Shown here: positions 39,787-49,757 of the stretch, piece by piece | Numbering within the stretch: the stretch's first letter is position 1 | Layout: each line of letters starts with the position of its first letter | Origin: Desulfovibrio sp. | GTDB taxonomy: Bacteria > Desulfobacterota > Desulfovibrionia > Desulfovibrionales > Desulfovibrionaceae | DNA length: 61,203 nt | Direction: 5' to 3' | Assembly (NCBI GenBank): GCA_031260965.1 | Contig: JAISKK010000012.1 | Coordinates: 1 to 61,203, forward strand | Notes under the pieces: model-generated | Databases searched by the model: none | Told to the model about the DNA's origin: nothing | The model's input: the letters and a program-made list of their open reading frames with translations, nothing else | Position numbers and translations under genes: made by a program

Positions 39787-41156
39787 ACAGTAACGCCCGC
39801 ATTATCTTTCGCCTCGTGGATTTGGCCTGTATCCTGGCGGCTCTGGGCCTGAGTTCCAGCCTGATGCTTCCCCCCTATCTGGAAATCTTTGCGGATTATA
39901 CGGGCGCGTCCACCTTTACCGTGATTATCTTACTTTTGTCCTTTTATATGATGGACTGCTACAACGTGGGCCGGGAGGATTTCCGGGACAGCTGCGCGCG
40001 CGTGCTGGTGGCAGTGCTGATCGGCGTTGTGGCCGCCGGCTTCACCTTTTATTCCTTTGAACACTGGCGTTTCCCGCGCATGATGTTTGTCCTGCAGATG
40101 GTTGTGAATCTGACCCTTTCCCTGGCTTGGCGGCGGATATATTTTTTGCTCGGGCGCAGGCGCGGAACGGAAGTAAACCGGGTAATCTTTCTGGGTTCGG
40201 CCGGGGCGGAGCGCGCCGCGCGTCTGCTTGCCGAATACGAGCCGGAAACGCGCATTCTGGGCTATGTGGGTGAGGCAGATCCGGCGCCGGCCTCGGGTCA
40301 GGGGCAGCAGAATCTGTCCGGACCCCATCTTGGCTCCGCCGGCGCTATTTTCGCTTTGATAGAAAAGTTGCAGCCGACCCGGATTATTGTGCTTGAGGAT
40401 TCATTTCCCGACCAGAGCATTGTGCACGGGCTTTTCCTGGCCAAGCTCAAAGGCCTGAAAGTGGTTGATATACGCGGACTTTACGAGCGTCTGGCCGCGC
40501 GGGTTCCGGTAGACCTGATCCAGGACGACTGGCTGCTTCTGGAGGACGGTTTCAATCTGAACGTAAACGGGGCCATGCGCAGGCTCAAGCGGGCCATGGA
40601 TATTTGTTTTTCCCTGGGACTTCTGATCTTCACCCTGCCCCTGATGCTGGCGGCGGCCCTTTGTGTGCGTCTCGATTCCCCCGGATCGGCCTTTTACAAG
40701 CAGAGGCGCGTTGGCCTCTACGGCAAGGAGTTCACGGTATACAAGATCCGCTCCATGCGCCTGGACGCGGAAAAAAACGGGGCGGTCTGGGCCGGGAAGC
40801 ACGACGACCGGGTAACGCGTATCGGGAAATTTATCCGCAAGACGCGCATTGACGAGTTGCCCCAGCTTGTGAATGTGCTTAAAGGCGAGATGAGCTTGAT
40901 TGGCCCGCGCCCGGAGCGCATGGAATTTGTGCGTGAACTCGCCGCCGTCATTCCCTATTACGATGTGCGTCACACGATAAAGCCGGGCATAAGCGGCTGG
41001 GCCCAAGTCTGCTATCCTTATGGAGCCTCCATTGAGGACGCGCGCTTGAAGCTGGAATATGATCTCTATTACATCAAGAATATGTCAGCTTTGCTGGAAG
41101 CCAAGATTATTCTGAAGACTATCGGGGTCGTCCTCTTCCCCAGAGGCGCCCGTTAA
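39783..41156 (+). CDS. Polyprenyl glycosylphosphotransferase (priming sugar transferase)
   Basis: KRAMDI, KIRSMR, IRKTRIDELPQL, GEMSLIGPRPE, KPGISGWAQV, YDLYYIKN. Confidence 0.93.
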   Translation: MNSNARIIFRLVDLACILAALGLSSSLMLPPYLEIFADYTGASTFTVIILLLSFYMMDCYNVGREDFRDSCARVLVAVLIGVVAAGFTFYSFEHWRFPRMMFVLQMVVNLTLSLAWRRIYFLLGRRRGTEVNRVIFLGSAGAERAARLLAEYEPETRILGYVGEADPAPASGQGQQNLSGPHLGSAGAIFALIEKLQPTRIIVLEDSFPDQSIVHGLFLAKLKGLKVVDIRGLYERLAARVPVDLIQDDWLLLEDGFNLNVNGAMRRLKRAMDICFSLGLLIFTLPLMLAAALCVRLDSPGSAFYKQRRVGLYGKEFTVYKIRSMRLDAEKNGAVWAGKHDDRVTRIGKFIRKTRIDELPQLVNVLKGEMSLIGPRPERMEFVRELAAVIPYYDVRHTIKPGISGWAQVCYPYGASIEDARLKLEYDLYYIKNMSALLEAKIILKTIGVVLFPRGAR

Positions 41157-41357
41157 GGTCTCGCCGTCGCAGAGGAGGAGGCTGTGCCGGGCCTGGTCGA
41201 GCAGATTTTTGCAGGACAGGGAAAGGGTCTTGCCTTCCCTGTACAGTTCGACGCTTCTCTCCAGGGGGAGGTCAATATTTTCAAGCTCGCGCACTATGGC
41301 CTCCAGGCGCCGCATCTGTTCTTCAAAACCGGCTTCTTTTTCCACCGTCTCTTCCAT
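41085..41357 (-). CDS. xseB: Exodeoxyribonuclease VII small subunit
   Basis: FEEQMRRLEAIVRELE..LPLERSVELYREG..L..C..LLDQA. Confidence 0.88.
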   Translation of the reverse strand: MEETVEKEAGFEEQMRRLEAIVRELENIDLPLERSVELYREGKTLSLSCKNLLDQARHSLLLCDGETLTGASGEEDDPDSLQNNLGFQQS

Positions 41358-41446
41358 ATTTTCCCCACAAGTTTCAGTTTAAAATTTTAATCTGAACAAC
41401 AGACGAAATTTGACAGGGTCCAGGGGCAAAAGGCTATTTGCATTTC

Positions 41447-42469
41447 TTAACAAATGCGCGGCAATGGTTCGCCCTCAAGTATCGGAAGCAGTCGCCGTCC
41501 GCCCGGAGCGGTTTCCAGGACCGTCTGCCCGGACCTGGTTCCCGCGCCCGGCGCTTCTATCGTTCCGATGCACGCGGCTGCGCGTCCTTCCGGGAATCGG
41601 CGCAGCACGGTGAGGGCCGCCTCGGCTTTCGCTGCGGGCAGGATGCAGATCAGCTTGCCCTCATTGGCCAGGTACAGGGGGTCAAGGCCGAGCAGGGAAC
41701 AGGCGGCGGCCGTTTCCGCTCGCACCGGCACATCTCTCTCCCGCACCCGGCAGACCGTCCCGGACTGGACGGCTATTTCGCCCAGGGCAGTGGCCAGTCC
41801 GCCCCGCGTAGGATCGCGCAGGACATGAATGTTCCCGATTTCACGAATCAAGGCCTCGACCAGATGGTTCAAAGAGGCGCAGTCGCTACGCAGCCCGGCA
41901 AAACCCCGGATCCCCTCACGGGCCGTGAGGATGGTCAGACCGTGTTCTCCGACCTGCCCGGACACGAGTACCGCGTCGCCCACAGCCGCTCGCGCGCCGC
42001 CGGGGGCGGGTTCAGCCAGAATACGCCCGATGCCGGTGCTGACGATAAAAATTTTATCCGCCGCCCCGCGCGGCACAACTTTGGTATCTCCGGTCACGAT
42101 TAAAACTCCGGCCGCGCGCGCGGCCTTGCCCATGCTCCGGGCCAGACGCTCCAGCAAAGACAGGGGCAGACCTTCTTCCATGATAAAGGCGCAGCTCAGA
42201 TAGAGAGGTCTTGCGCCGAGCATGGAGACATCGTTGACCGTGCCATGCACGGCCAGACAACCTATGTCGCCGCCCGGAAACTCCACGGGGTCGACGGTGT
42301 ATCCGTCCGTACTCATGGCCAGCGCCCCCGGCCCGGCTTCCAGATAAGCAGCGTCGTCCATGCGTTCCAGTACGGGATTGGCGAAGTGGGGCAGAAACAG
42401 ATCCCGGATAAGGCGCTGCGCTGCCCTGCCTCCGCTGCCGTGTTCCAGAAGAAGGTAATCTTCACTCAT
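41447..42469 (-). CDS. hypE: Hydrogenase maturation protein HypE
   Basis: HGSGG, FPGGDIG, GTVND, RDPTRGG, ANEG, C-terminal PRIC. Confidence 0.97.
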   Translation of the reverse strand: MSEDYLLLEHGSGGRAAQRLIRDLFLPHFANPVLERMDDAAYLEAGPGALAMSTDGYTVDPVEFPGGDIGCLAVHGTVNDVSMLGARPLYLSCAFIMEEGLPLSLLERLARSMGKAARAAGVLIVTGDTKVVPRGAADKIFIVSTGIGRILAEPAPGGARAAVGDAVLVSGQVGEHGLTILTAREGIRGFAGLRSDCASLNHLVEALIREIGNIHVLRDPTRGGLATALGEIAVQSGTVCRVRERDVPVRAETAAACSLLGLDPLYLANEGKLICILPAAKAEAALTVLRRFPEGRAAACIGTIEAPGAGTRSGQTVLETAPGGRRLLPILEGEPLPRIC

Positions 42470-42479
42470 ATGTTTTCCT

Positions 42480-43628
42480 TTAAAAATCTATCTGATAACG
42501 GAAAAAAGCGGCGCAGCTTCCTTCGCTGGAGACCATGCAGGGTCCGGCCGGTCGCTCCGGAACGCAGACCTTGGCGAAGAGAGGGCATTCCCGGGGGCTG
42601 ATGCGCCCGCGCAGCACCTCGCCACATTTGCAAGCGGGGTTTTCCAAAGCGGATGCGGGGTCTGAACAATCAAGGGAGAAGCGTTCGCGCGCGTCAAAGT
42701 CCACATAGGCGGCACGAATTTCAAGGCCGCTTTGCGGTATAAGTCCCAGACCTCGCCAAAGGGAGTCCGCTGCCGTAAACACCTCGTCCATAAGGGCGCG
42801 GGCCTTGGCGTTGCCCTTTGCGTCCACTGCCCGGCTGTACTGGTTGACTATCTTTGCCCTGCCTTTCTTACGCATCCGGATCATGAGCAGCAGGGATTGC
42901 AGGATATCCGTCGGCTCAAAGCCCCCGATCACGCCGGGTTTGCCGTATTCGTCGGCAATAAAGCGGAAAGGCTCCGGACCAAGGATGGTGGAAACGTGTC
43001 CGGGCAGGAGAAAGGCATCGAGGATCGGGGCGACCGGATTGCTCGGAGCATCCTCTTCCTTTACGGGTTCTTGCTCCGCCTCGCGTAGCAGGGCGCGCAG
43101 GGCCGGAGGGGTTAACTTGTGCATGCAAAGTACGCTGAAATTTTCAAGTTTTGCTTGCCGCGCCGCGCAGATGGCTACGGCCGTGGCCGGGGCCGTCGTC
43201 TCAAAGCCCACTCCCAAAAAGACCACGGCGCGCTTTGGATTTTGTACAGCCAGTTCCAGGGCTTCCAGAGGGGAGTATATGATGCGCAGATCCGCGCCTT
43301 TTGCTCTGGCCCGGCCAAGGCTCATTCCTTTTGGTCCGGGAATGCGCATCAGGTCTCCGAAAGAGGCCAGGATGACCTCGTCTTTCCCGGCAAGTTCGAG
43401 ACAGGAGGCTATTTCCCGGCTATGGGTCACACAGACCGGACAGCCGGGGCCGGAGATGTGAGTGATGCGGCTGGACCACAGAGAGGGAAGACCGGCGCGG
43501 AAGATGGCTGTGGTGTGTGTTCCGCACACCTCCATAAAGCGCAGGGGGGAGTCAAGTTCATCTTCTATTCTGTCCAGAAGGCCGCGACAGAGTTCTGGAT
43601 CGGAAAAGGTGGGATCAATAGGCTGCAT
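42480..43628 (-). CDS. hypD: Hydrogenase maturation protein HypD
   Basis: MEVCGTHT, GPGCPVC, GFETT, PGHVS, GPCMVSSEGSC. Confidence 0.97.
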   Translation of the reverse strand: MQPIDPTFSDPELCRGLLDRIEDELDSPLRFMEVCGTHTTAIFRAGLPSLWSSRITHISGPGCPVCVTHSREIASCLELAGKDEVILASFGDLMRIPGPKGMSLGRARAKGADLRIIYSPLEALELAVQNPKRAVVFLGVGFETTAPATAVAICAARQAKLENFSVLCMHKLTPPALRALLREAEQEPVKEEDAPSNPVAPILDAFLLPGHVSTILGPEPFRFIADEYGKPGVIGGFEPTDILQSLLLMIRMRKKGRAKIVNQYSRAVDAKGNAKARALMDEVFTAADSLWRGLGLIPQSGLEIRAAYVDFDARERFSLDCSDPASALENPACKCGEVLRGRISPRECPLFAKVCVPERPAGPCMVSSEGSCAAFFRYQIDF

Positions 43629-43759
43629 AAAATTGCCTGGCTGATTTTTGTCCGGATTCTAAACTCATGACCCGCCCTTGTCAAAAAATGCCGCTTCAAT
43701 TAGAAGCCATTATCCATTTAGCAATGACTTTAATTTCACCTTCCGTAATGAGGAGAGCC

Positions 43760-44944
43760 ATGAATATATCCGTACCCAAAGGTTTTCGCCTGGCCGTAGC
43801 CGCAGCCGCCTTCAAAAAAACGGGTCGCAACGATCTTGCCTTGGCCCTCAGCGATTTTCCGGCAGCCTCGGCCGGGGTGTTCACCCGCAATCTCTTCAAG
43901 GCCGCTCCGGTGCTTGTGGGTCAGGAAACGCTTAAAGCGCGGATGAGCGCGCGCGCCGTGCTCATAAATTCCGGACAGGCCAATGCCTGTACAGGGCCGG
44001 AAGGATTCAGGCGTTGCGAACAAAGCCGGACCCTGGCCGGCGCGGCTTTCGGAATTGATCCCGCCGACATTCTCCCCGCGTCCACCGGAGTAATCGGGAT
44101 GCAGCTGAATATGGAGGCTTTTTCAAGGGCTACGCCTTCGCTCGCGCAAAATATCGGCCAAGCCGGAATTGAAGATTTCGCCGCCGCCATCATGACTACG
44201 GACGCCTTTCCGAAATTTTGCGGGGAAAGCCTGGATTTCGCCGGAAAAAAAGTTCTGCTGGCCGGGGTGGCCAAGGGCGCGGGCATGATCTGTCCGAATA
44301 TGGCCACCATGCTTTCGGCAGTTTTTTGCGACGCCGAAGTGCAAACGCCGGACTGGCGCGCTATGTTCAAAAGGGCAGTGGATCTCAGCTTTAACCGGGT
44401 CAGCGTGGACGACGACACCAGCACCAACGATACCCTCTACGGTCTGGCCAACGGCGCATCCGGGGTGAGGGTGGCCGGGCCGGACCTGGAGAGGCTGGAG
44501 GAGGCTCTGGTCCGGGTGCTCAAGGATTTGGCCTATAAGCTGGTGCAGGACGGCGAAGGGGCGAGCAAGGTCCTGCATATTCAGGTGCGCGGCGCGTCCG
44601 GTGCGGCTGACGCGGAGCTTGCGGCGCGCACCGTGGGACGTTCGCAGCTCGTCAAGACCGCCATGTACGGCAAGGACGCCAACTGGGGACGGGTGATCTG
44701 CGCCCTGGGTCGCTCCGGGGCCTCCTTCAATCCGGATGAGGTCAGCTTCACTTTCTGCGGTGTGGAACTTTTCAGCCAGGGGCGGCCCACGGATAGCGAT
44801 TTTGACAGCCTGCTCAAAGAGGCTCTGGAGAAGCGGGACCTGACCCTGGATATCAGCCTCGGTCGGGGATCGGGCGAATATCTGCTTCTGGCCTCGGATC
44901 TGGGGCATGAATATGTGAGTCTGAATGCGGATTACCGTAGCTAG
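43760..44944 (+). CDS. argJ: Bifunctional ornithine acetyltransferase/N-acetylglutamate synthase
   Basis: NSGQANACTG, STGVIG, KGAGMICPNMATML, DTSTND, DGEGA, NWGR, NADYRS. Confidence 0.97.
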   Translation: MNISVPKGFRLAVAAAAFKKTGRNDLALALSDFPAASAGVFTRNLFKAAPVLVGQETLKARMSARAVLINSGQANACTGPEGFRRCEQSRTLAGAAFGIDPADILPASTGVIGMQLNMEAFSRATPSLAQNIGQAGIEDFAAAIMTTDAFPKFCGESLDFAGKKVLLAGVAKGAGMICPNMATMLSAVFCDAEVQTPDWRAMFKRAVDLSFNRVSVDDDTSTNDTLYGLANGASGVRVAGPDLERLEEALVRVLKDLAYKLVQDGEGASKVLHIQVRGASGAADAELAARTVGRSQLVKTAMYGKDANWGRVICALGRSGASFNPDEVSFTFCGVELFSQGRPTDSDFDSLLKEALEKRDLTLDISLGRGSGEYLLLASDLGHEYVSLNADYRS

Positions 44945-45022
44945 AGATATTGGCGCGAATTGTGCATATATTCGTCAGGCGCGCTGTTTTTCCGACGCGC
45001 GCCCCGAACACAAGGAGCGCCT

Positions 45023-45982
45023 GTGGACAGTCAATCCCCAAAATCAGGGTTTGCCCCTTCGGCTATCGAGACCGCGCAGGCATGTGCGAACCTCGGTTAC
45101 AGCCCCCCGCGGCGGGACGAAAACGTTTCCGGCAAAAATGCGCTGGTGCGTTTGGCCGCCGCCCTGGCCTGTCTGGCTCTGCTCATGATCGGAGCCGGTC
45201 TGGGCGCGTCCGGAATAAAACTTTGGCCGGGCATGGCCCTGGCTGCGAATGAAGGCGCGCAGATGCCGCCGGACCTTGTCTCCCCGGAGCGGGCCGCCCT
45301 TTTGCAGTCCACTGTGGACAGTGTCGCCTTAAGCCTTGGTCGGGTGTTTTTCTTCTCTGAAGACATCCCTTTTGACGAGGAAGGGGAAAAACAGACCCTG
45401 CGCCGGGTTTTGAATTCCTTGAGTTTTGAACTGGGCGGCGGTCTTTATTTCACCGCCTGGCGGGGAACCCGCAATATTTGTTCCCCTTTGAGTCCGGATG
45501 CGGAAAATATGGATTTTGCCGAGAGTCTGGATGCCGGAGGTTTCCCCTTCGTCAGAGAAATGGCGGCTCTGGCCGGCAGGGGAGGGGGTTTCCTGCAGGC
45601 TCGCCTGCCCTTGCGACGTCCCGATGCGCGATCTTCCGGGCTTCCTTTGGACCACATTATTTATGTGCGAGAAATTCCTGCCGCAGGGTCAGCGCCGGAT
45701 CTGGCGCTGACCCTGGCCTCATCTTTCGCTTCCACAGCGGCTGCCGCAAAGGCAGGCGGGGGGGAAGTCTTTCTGGCCGCCTTTATGCCTACCGCGTCCG
45801 TGGCCGCAAACGGCGGGTTTTCCTCATCCTGGCAGGTGGATCGTCTGGACGGACGCAGCTCTTTGGCCAGGGACAATCTGCGCAAGGGGCTTTTTTTGTC
45901 CGGCTTTGCCCTGGCCGGACTTTCCGGTCTGCTGCTGGCCCTGCGTCGCGGCTGTGCGGAAGGACAGGAATGCGCGGGATGA
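45023..45982 (+). CDS. Membrane protein with single Cache-like periplasmic domain
   Basis: N- and C-terminal TM; LYFTAWRG..SP..ENMDFAESLDAGGFPFVREM...GGGF; RBS AAGGAG before GTG 45023. Confidence 0.6.
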   Translation: MDSQSPKSGFAPSAIETAQACANLGYSPPRRDENVSGKNALVRLAAALACLALLMIGAGLGASGIKLWPGMALAANEGAQMPPDLVSPERAALLQSTVDSVALSLGRVFFFSEDIPFDEEGEKQTLRRVLNSLSFELGGGLYFTAWRGTRNICSPLSPDAENMDFAESLDAGGFPFVREMAALAGRGGGFLQARLPLRRPDARSSGLPLDHIIYVREIPAAGSAPDLALTLASSFASTAAAAKAGGGEVFLAAFMPTASVAANGGFSSSWQVDRLDGRSSLARDNLRKGLFLSGFALAGLSGLLLALRRGCAEGQECAG

Positions 45983-46530
45983 GAGTGGCGGCAGTGTTTT
46001 CGCTGCTTCTGCGCGGTCTCGGGTTATATAAAATTCCCTTGCCGTTCAGACTGGCCCTGATCATTTTGCCGCTTCTGGCGGCTCTTTTTTTCGCGGAATT
46101 TGTCGTTTTGAAGGGCGGAATTGTAATCTCCGTCACGGACGGGGATTCTCTGGTTTTTTTGAGCCGTAGTGGTCAGACGCTTAAAGTCCGGCTTTACGGG
46201 GTGGATGCTCCGGAATACGACCAGCCGGGCGGGGCGGAGGCGAAAAAATTTGTCTCCAAACTGGTTCTTTTCGAGCATGTGGATCTGCGGGAGTTCGATG
46301 AGGATCGCTACGGGCGCGTTGTCGCTCTGGTCAGTCTGGAAGACGGGCGGACGCTGAACGAGGAACTGGTGCGGGCGGGCCACTCCTGGGTTTATACGGC
46401 CTATTGCCGCTCTTCTTTTTGTCCGCGCTGGCGAATATTGGAAAGAGAAGCCAGGCAGAGCAAGATCGGGCTCTGGAAAGGCCAAAAGCCTGTTTACCCG
46501 GAAAAATGGCGGCGGCATGATTTCAAATAG
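45979..46530 (+). CDS. Thermonuclease (SNase) family protein
   Basis: VTDGDS, VRLYGVDAPE, DRYGRVVA, LNEELVRAG, EARQSKIGLW. Confidence 0.92.
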   Translation: MRVAAVFSLLLRGLGLYKIPLPFRLALIILPLLAALFFAEFVVLKGGIVISVTDGDSLVFLSRSGQTLKVRLYGVDAPEYDQPGGAEAKKFVSKLVLFEHVDLREFDEDRYGRVVALVSLEDGRTLNEELVRAGHSWVYTAYCRSSFCPRWRILEREARQSKIGLWKGQKPVYPEKWRRHDFK

Positions 46531-46609
46531 AACCGTGACTTGCTCTTTACCGGGGGCAGAGTTAATAAGCGGGAGAAGATCCTGCACCAAAGCAAAGAGA
46601 GAATACCGT

Positions 46610-47416
46610 ATGCGCGCACTGCTGTTTATTGTTTCCCTATCCCTGGTCGCTCTTGTCCAAGGCTGCAAAATCCAGTCCAGCGGAGCGGAGTCCGCCGGCT
46701 TTAACGCGTTTGGGCCGGTTTCGGCTCACATCGCCGTCAGTCCGCCCCTGACCCTTGCGGCAAGCGGGCGCTTTAGCGCCCGGGTCCCTGCCGACACCAT
46801 AGTGTCGCCACCCTCGGCTGATTTTCGCTTCGCGCTTTTCGGCGAAGGAGAGAGCGGGGATGTGTCGCGCTCGGCTTATGTGGCCTTAAGCGAACTCCCC
46901 AGTTCCGGCTGGCGCTGGGAAATGGAAAGCTGGGCCAGAACGGAAAGTTTGCAATACAGCAAACTTACTGCCGTGGGCCGTTACTGGACCGTACAGATTT
47001 TTCCCGTACTCCCCGCAGAGGACTGGTTCGGCGAGCTTTGGGCCTTGAATGGCCGTACAACACCGGAATTCTGGCTGGCCAAACACTGGTCCGCGACCCC
47101 GGATGAGGAGACGCGCATTGTGGCCGAATACCGCGAACCCGCTCCGGCTTGTATGCGTGAGGAACTGCGTGCCTATGCCGAAAGCAGGAACAACAGGGAA
47201 TTTCCGCCTTTGCAGGGGAAAGCCTTGCGCGCGCGCTGCGAAAGGGAGATGGATGAATTTTCCGCCCGGGCAGACGCCATGATCCATCTGGACGAAAACC
47301 TTTCTCTCCCTTTGGCTGAAGGCGGCGCAAAGCTGCGTCTGCCGGACAGCCGGCCGAACATGCGCAATCTGGTGGGAGTCGCGGAAATGGTCCGTGTCGA
47401 CATGAGTTCCAGATGA
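46610..47416 (+). CDS. Hypothetical lipoprotein (possibly DUF4851-like)
   Basis: Lipobox VQGC; RIVAEYRE motif; the DUF assignment is from recall only. Confidence 0.6.
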   Translation: MRALLFIVSLSLVALVQGCKIQSSGAESAGFNAFGPVSAHIAVSPPLTLAASGRFSARVPADTIVSPPSADFRFALFGEGESGDVSRSAYVALSELPSSGWRWEMESWARTESLQYSKLTAVGRYWTVQIFPVLPAEDWFGELWALNGRTTPEFWLAKHWSATPDEETRIVAEYREPAPACMREELRAYAESRNNREFPPLQGKALRARCEREMDEFSARADAMIHLDENLSLPLAEGGAKLRLPDSRPNMRNLVGVAEMVRVDMSSR

Positions 47417-48456
47417 TTCGTATTTTGGCCGGAGACATAGGGGCGACCCACTGCCGCTTCGCCCTCTACTGCGCAGGGCTTGAGGGAGAGGAAAAGCCTT
47501 TCCTGCCGCGCCTGTTGCGCAAGCGGGTCTTTCCGGGCCGGGATTTTCCGGACGGCGCGGTTGCTTTGCGCAGTCTTTTTCTTCCCGGTCCCGGCGGCGA
47601 GGGAGCCCTGCTCGGCACGGACACGCCGCCGGACATTGCTGTTCTGGCCCCGGCCGGTCCCATTCTGGCCGAAGGACAGGAGGCGCAGTGTTCCATGCCC
47701 AATCTGCCCTGGCGCTTGTGCACACAGGAAGTACGGCCTCTGCTCGGTCTTGCCCAGGTGTACCTGATCAACGATCTCGCCGCCCAGGCCTATGCCTGTC
47801 TGCTTCCGGAAGAGGTGGACGCGGTTCGGATACTTGCGGGGGATACTGAAGCGAATGCTGCTGCTGCGGTGCTGGCGGCCGGAACGGGCCTGGGCAAGGC
47901 GCTCTTTCTCTGTGAGCGGGCGCTGGCAGCAGAGGATGCGCAAGAGACAATCGCGCGTCTTTTACGCGCCCGCGTGTTGCCCAGTGAAGGTGGACACGCG
48001 GATTTTCCCTTTGTGGGGGAGGATGAATTCGCCTTTGCCCGTTTCGCCGCCGCAAAAAAGGGCCGGGTGCGGCTTAACGGCGACGATATCGTGAGCGGTT
48101 CCGGCCTGGCCCTTATTTGCAGCCATCTCAGCGGAGAGGATTTGTCACCGCAGGAGGCGGTCCTGCGTTGCGCCGGGCATCCTCGGGTTCTGGAATGGTA
48201 CGCCCGCTTTTATGGCCGCGCCTGCCGCAATTACGCTCTGGACGCTCTGACTTTGGGCGGAATCTATATATCCGGGGGCATGGCCCTGCGCGTGGGCGTT
48301 CTGGAACACCCGGCTTTTGCCGGGGAATTCTACGCGGGCATTGGCCCGGATCATTTTTTGCGCCGAGTGCCGCTCTGGCATATACGCTCCCCGGAAGCCG
48401 GGCTTTTCGGCGCGGCCCTTTACGGTTTTTTGCGTATGGCGACGGATCGTTTCTAG
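47413..48456 (+). CDS. glk: Glucokinase
   Basis: LAGDIGATHCRF, AGP, LINDL, GTGLG, PSEGGH, SGSGL, GGIYISGG. Confidence 0.9.
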   Translation: MIRILAGDIGATHCRFALYCAGLEGEEKPFLPRLLRKRVFPGRDFPDGAVALRSLFLPGPGGEGALLGTDTPPDIAVLAPAGPILAEGQEAQCSMPNLPWRLCTQEVRPLLGLAQVYLINDLAAQAYACLLPEEVDAVRILAGDTEANAAAAVLAAGTGLGKALFLCERALAAEDAQETIARLLRARVLPSEGGHADFPFVGEDEFAFARFAAAKKGRVRLNGDDIVSGSGLALICSHLSGEDLSPQEAVLRCAGHPRVLEWYARFYGRACRNYALDALTLGGIYISGGMALRVGVLEHPAFAGEFYAGIGPDHFLRRVPLWHIRSPEAGLFGAALYGFLRMATDRF

Positions 48457-48476
48457 AGATATTTTACGTCTCCAAT

Positions 48477-49634
48477 TCAGATTCTCAGTTTTGTATATAA
48501 AGCGCCCAAAAAAGGGCTGGAATAAATAAAGGCCCGGCTGTTCAGCCAGGTCGCGCCCTTGTCTTTGGCCTTGAAGCGGTGGACGGCCAAAGCCTGGCCG
48601 GGCGGATTGACGCCCTCTTTTGTAGTGAAAAGGACTTCAAAACCGGCTTGGCGCGCCAGATCCAGGGCTTCCCGGCAATAGTGCCCCCAGGGCCAGCACA
48701 GGCTTATGACCTTGCGGCCGAGGATTTTTTCCAGGTCCTCCCGGCCACCGGCTATTTCCCGCCACATGCGTTGCTCACGTTCCGAATCGCTTTCAAGGCG
48801 GCCTATCCGGTCCGCGAAGACGGCGTAAAGCGCTTGCAGATCCTGGAGCGCGGCGGGATTTCGCGCGAAACTGCGCATTTCCTGGAAGTTTTGGGGGACC
48901 AGGGACTTGATTGCCTCCACAAAATCCGGGTCGGGCAGAAAGGCCCGGTGCATAAGACCGGGGCCGACCTTGAAATCGGGCAGGCCGAAGATCGGCCCAA
49001 TTTCAGTGTGGAAAAAGGTCCGGTAGAGGTTGTCCGGAAGGAAGGCTTCTTTATATTCCGGGCCGGTGAAGACCCCGTAATGCCCGCGTCCGTGGGATGC
49101 CGGGTTCAGGGTCCCGTCCTCGTCCAGGGCCTTGATCTCCGCAGGGTTTAGAAAGACATCGCTACGCAGCACTGCCCCCGCTCTTTCTTCATAAGGGTTG
49201 AGGACCTGCGGAAAATCCGGCTTTTCTCCCGCCTTGAGGGCGGCGATGGGCATGCGGATTTTGTCCGGACCAAGCCCCGAACCGGGATTTTGCTTGTAAG
49301 ATGGGGCAAAACTGCATGCGGAGTTTTGGCCGAGGCGGGCGGAGACGGCAAAAATGGTGGCCTGATGTCCGTATTTGTGCAAAATGGGCAGGGCGTAAAG
49401 GTAATTGTCAAGAAAGCCATCGTCGAAGGTAAGGAGGACGCTTTTTTCCGGCAGGGCTTCGCCGTAAATGAAATAGGCCTCGGCTTCGGCCAGACTGACT
49501 CCACGCCGACCTTTGGCTGCCAGGGCGCGGCAGTGTTCCTCGAAGCGTTCCGGGGATATGGTTATGGCCCCGGACCAGGCGTTCACATAGTGGTACATGA
49601 GCACCGGGAGACTTTGCGTTCCGGATTTTTTCAT
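48477..49634 (-). CDS. Polysaccharide deacetylase family protein
   Basis: LPVLMYHYV, LTFDDG, ASHG, CWPWG; start ATG 49634 (the longer ORF is antisense to cbpA). Confidence 0.88.
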   Translation of the reverse strand: MKKSGTQSLPVLMYHYVNAWSGAITISPERFEEHCRALAAKGRRGVSLAEAEAYFIYGEALPEKSVLLTFDDGFLDNYLYALPILHKYGHQATIFAVSARLGQNSACSFAPSYKQNPGSGLGPDKIRMPIAALKAGEKPDFPQVLNPYEERAGAVLRSDVFLNPAEIKALDEDGTLNPASHGRGHYGVFTGPEYKEAFLPDNLYRTFFHTEIGPIFGLPDFKVGPGLMHRAFLPDPDFVEAIKSLVPQNFQEMRSFARNPAALQDLQALYAVFADRIGRLESDSEREQRMWREIAGGREDLEKILGRKVISLCWPWGHYCREALDLARQAGFEVLFTTKEGVNPPGQALAVHRFKAKDKGATWLNSRAFIYSSPFLGALYTKLRI

Positions 49635-49757
49635 ATAAAGTGACCTTGTTCCCGCGACGGTGCCGAAATGCATTTTGCGGACCTGCCCGGCAGACTGATT
49701 TTTAGCGGAGCGGACGTTTTTAGGCAAGAAAAGAGGAGTGGGAGGAAAATAATCAGT

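Noticed and set aside
41414-41432. GGGTCCAGGGGC, a half REP-like motif
   Set aside because: No complementary arm and no second copy seen.
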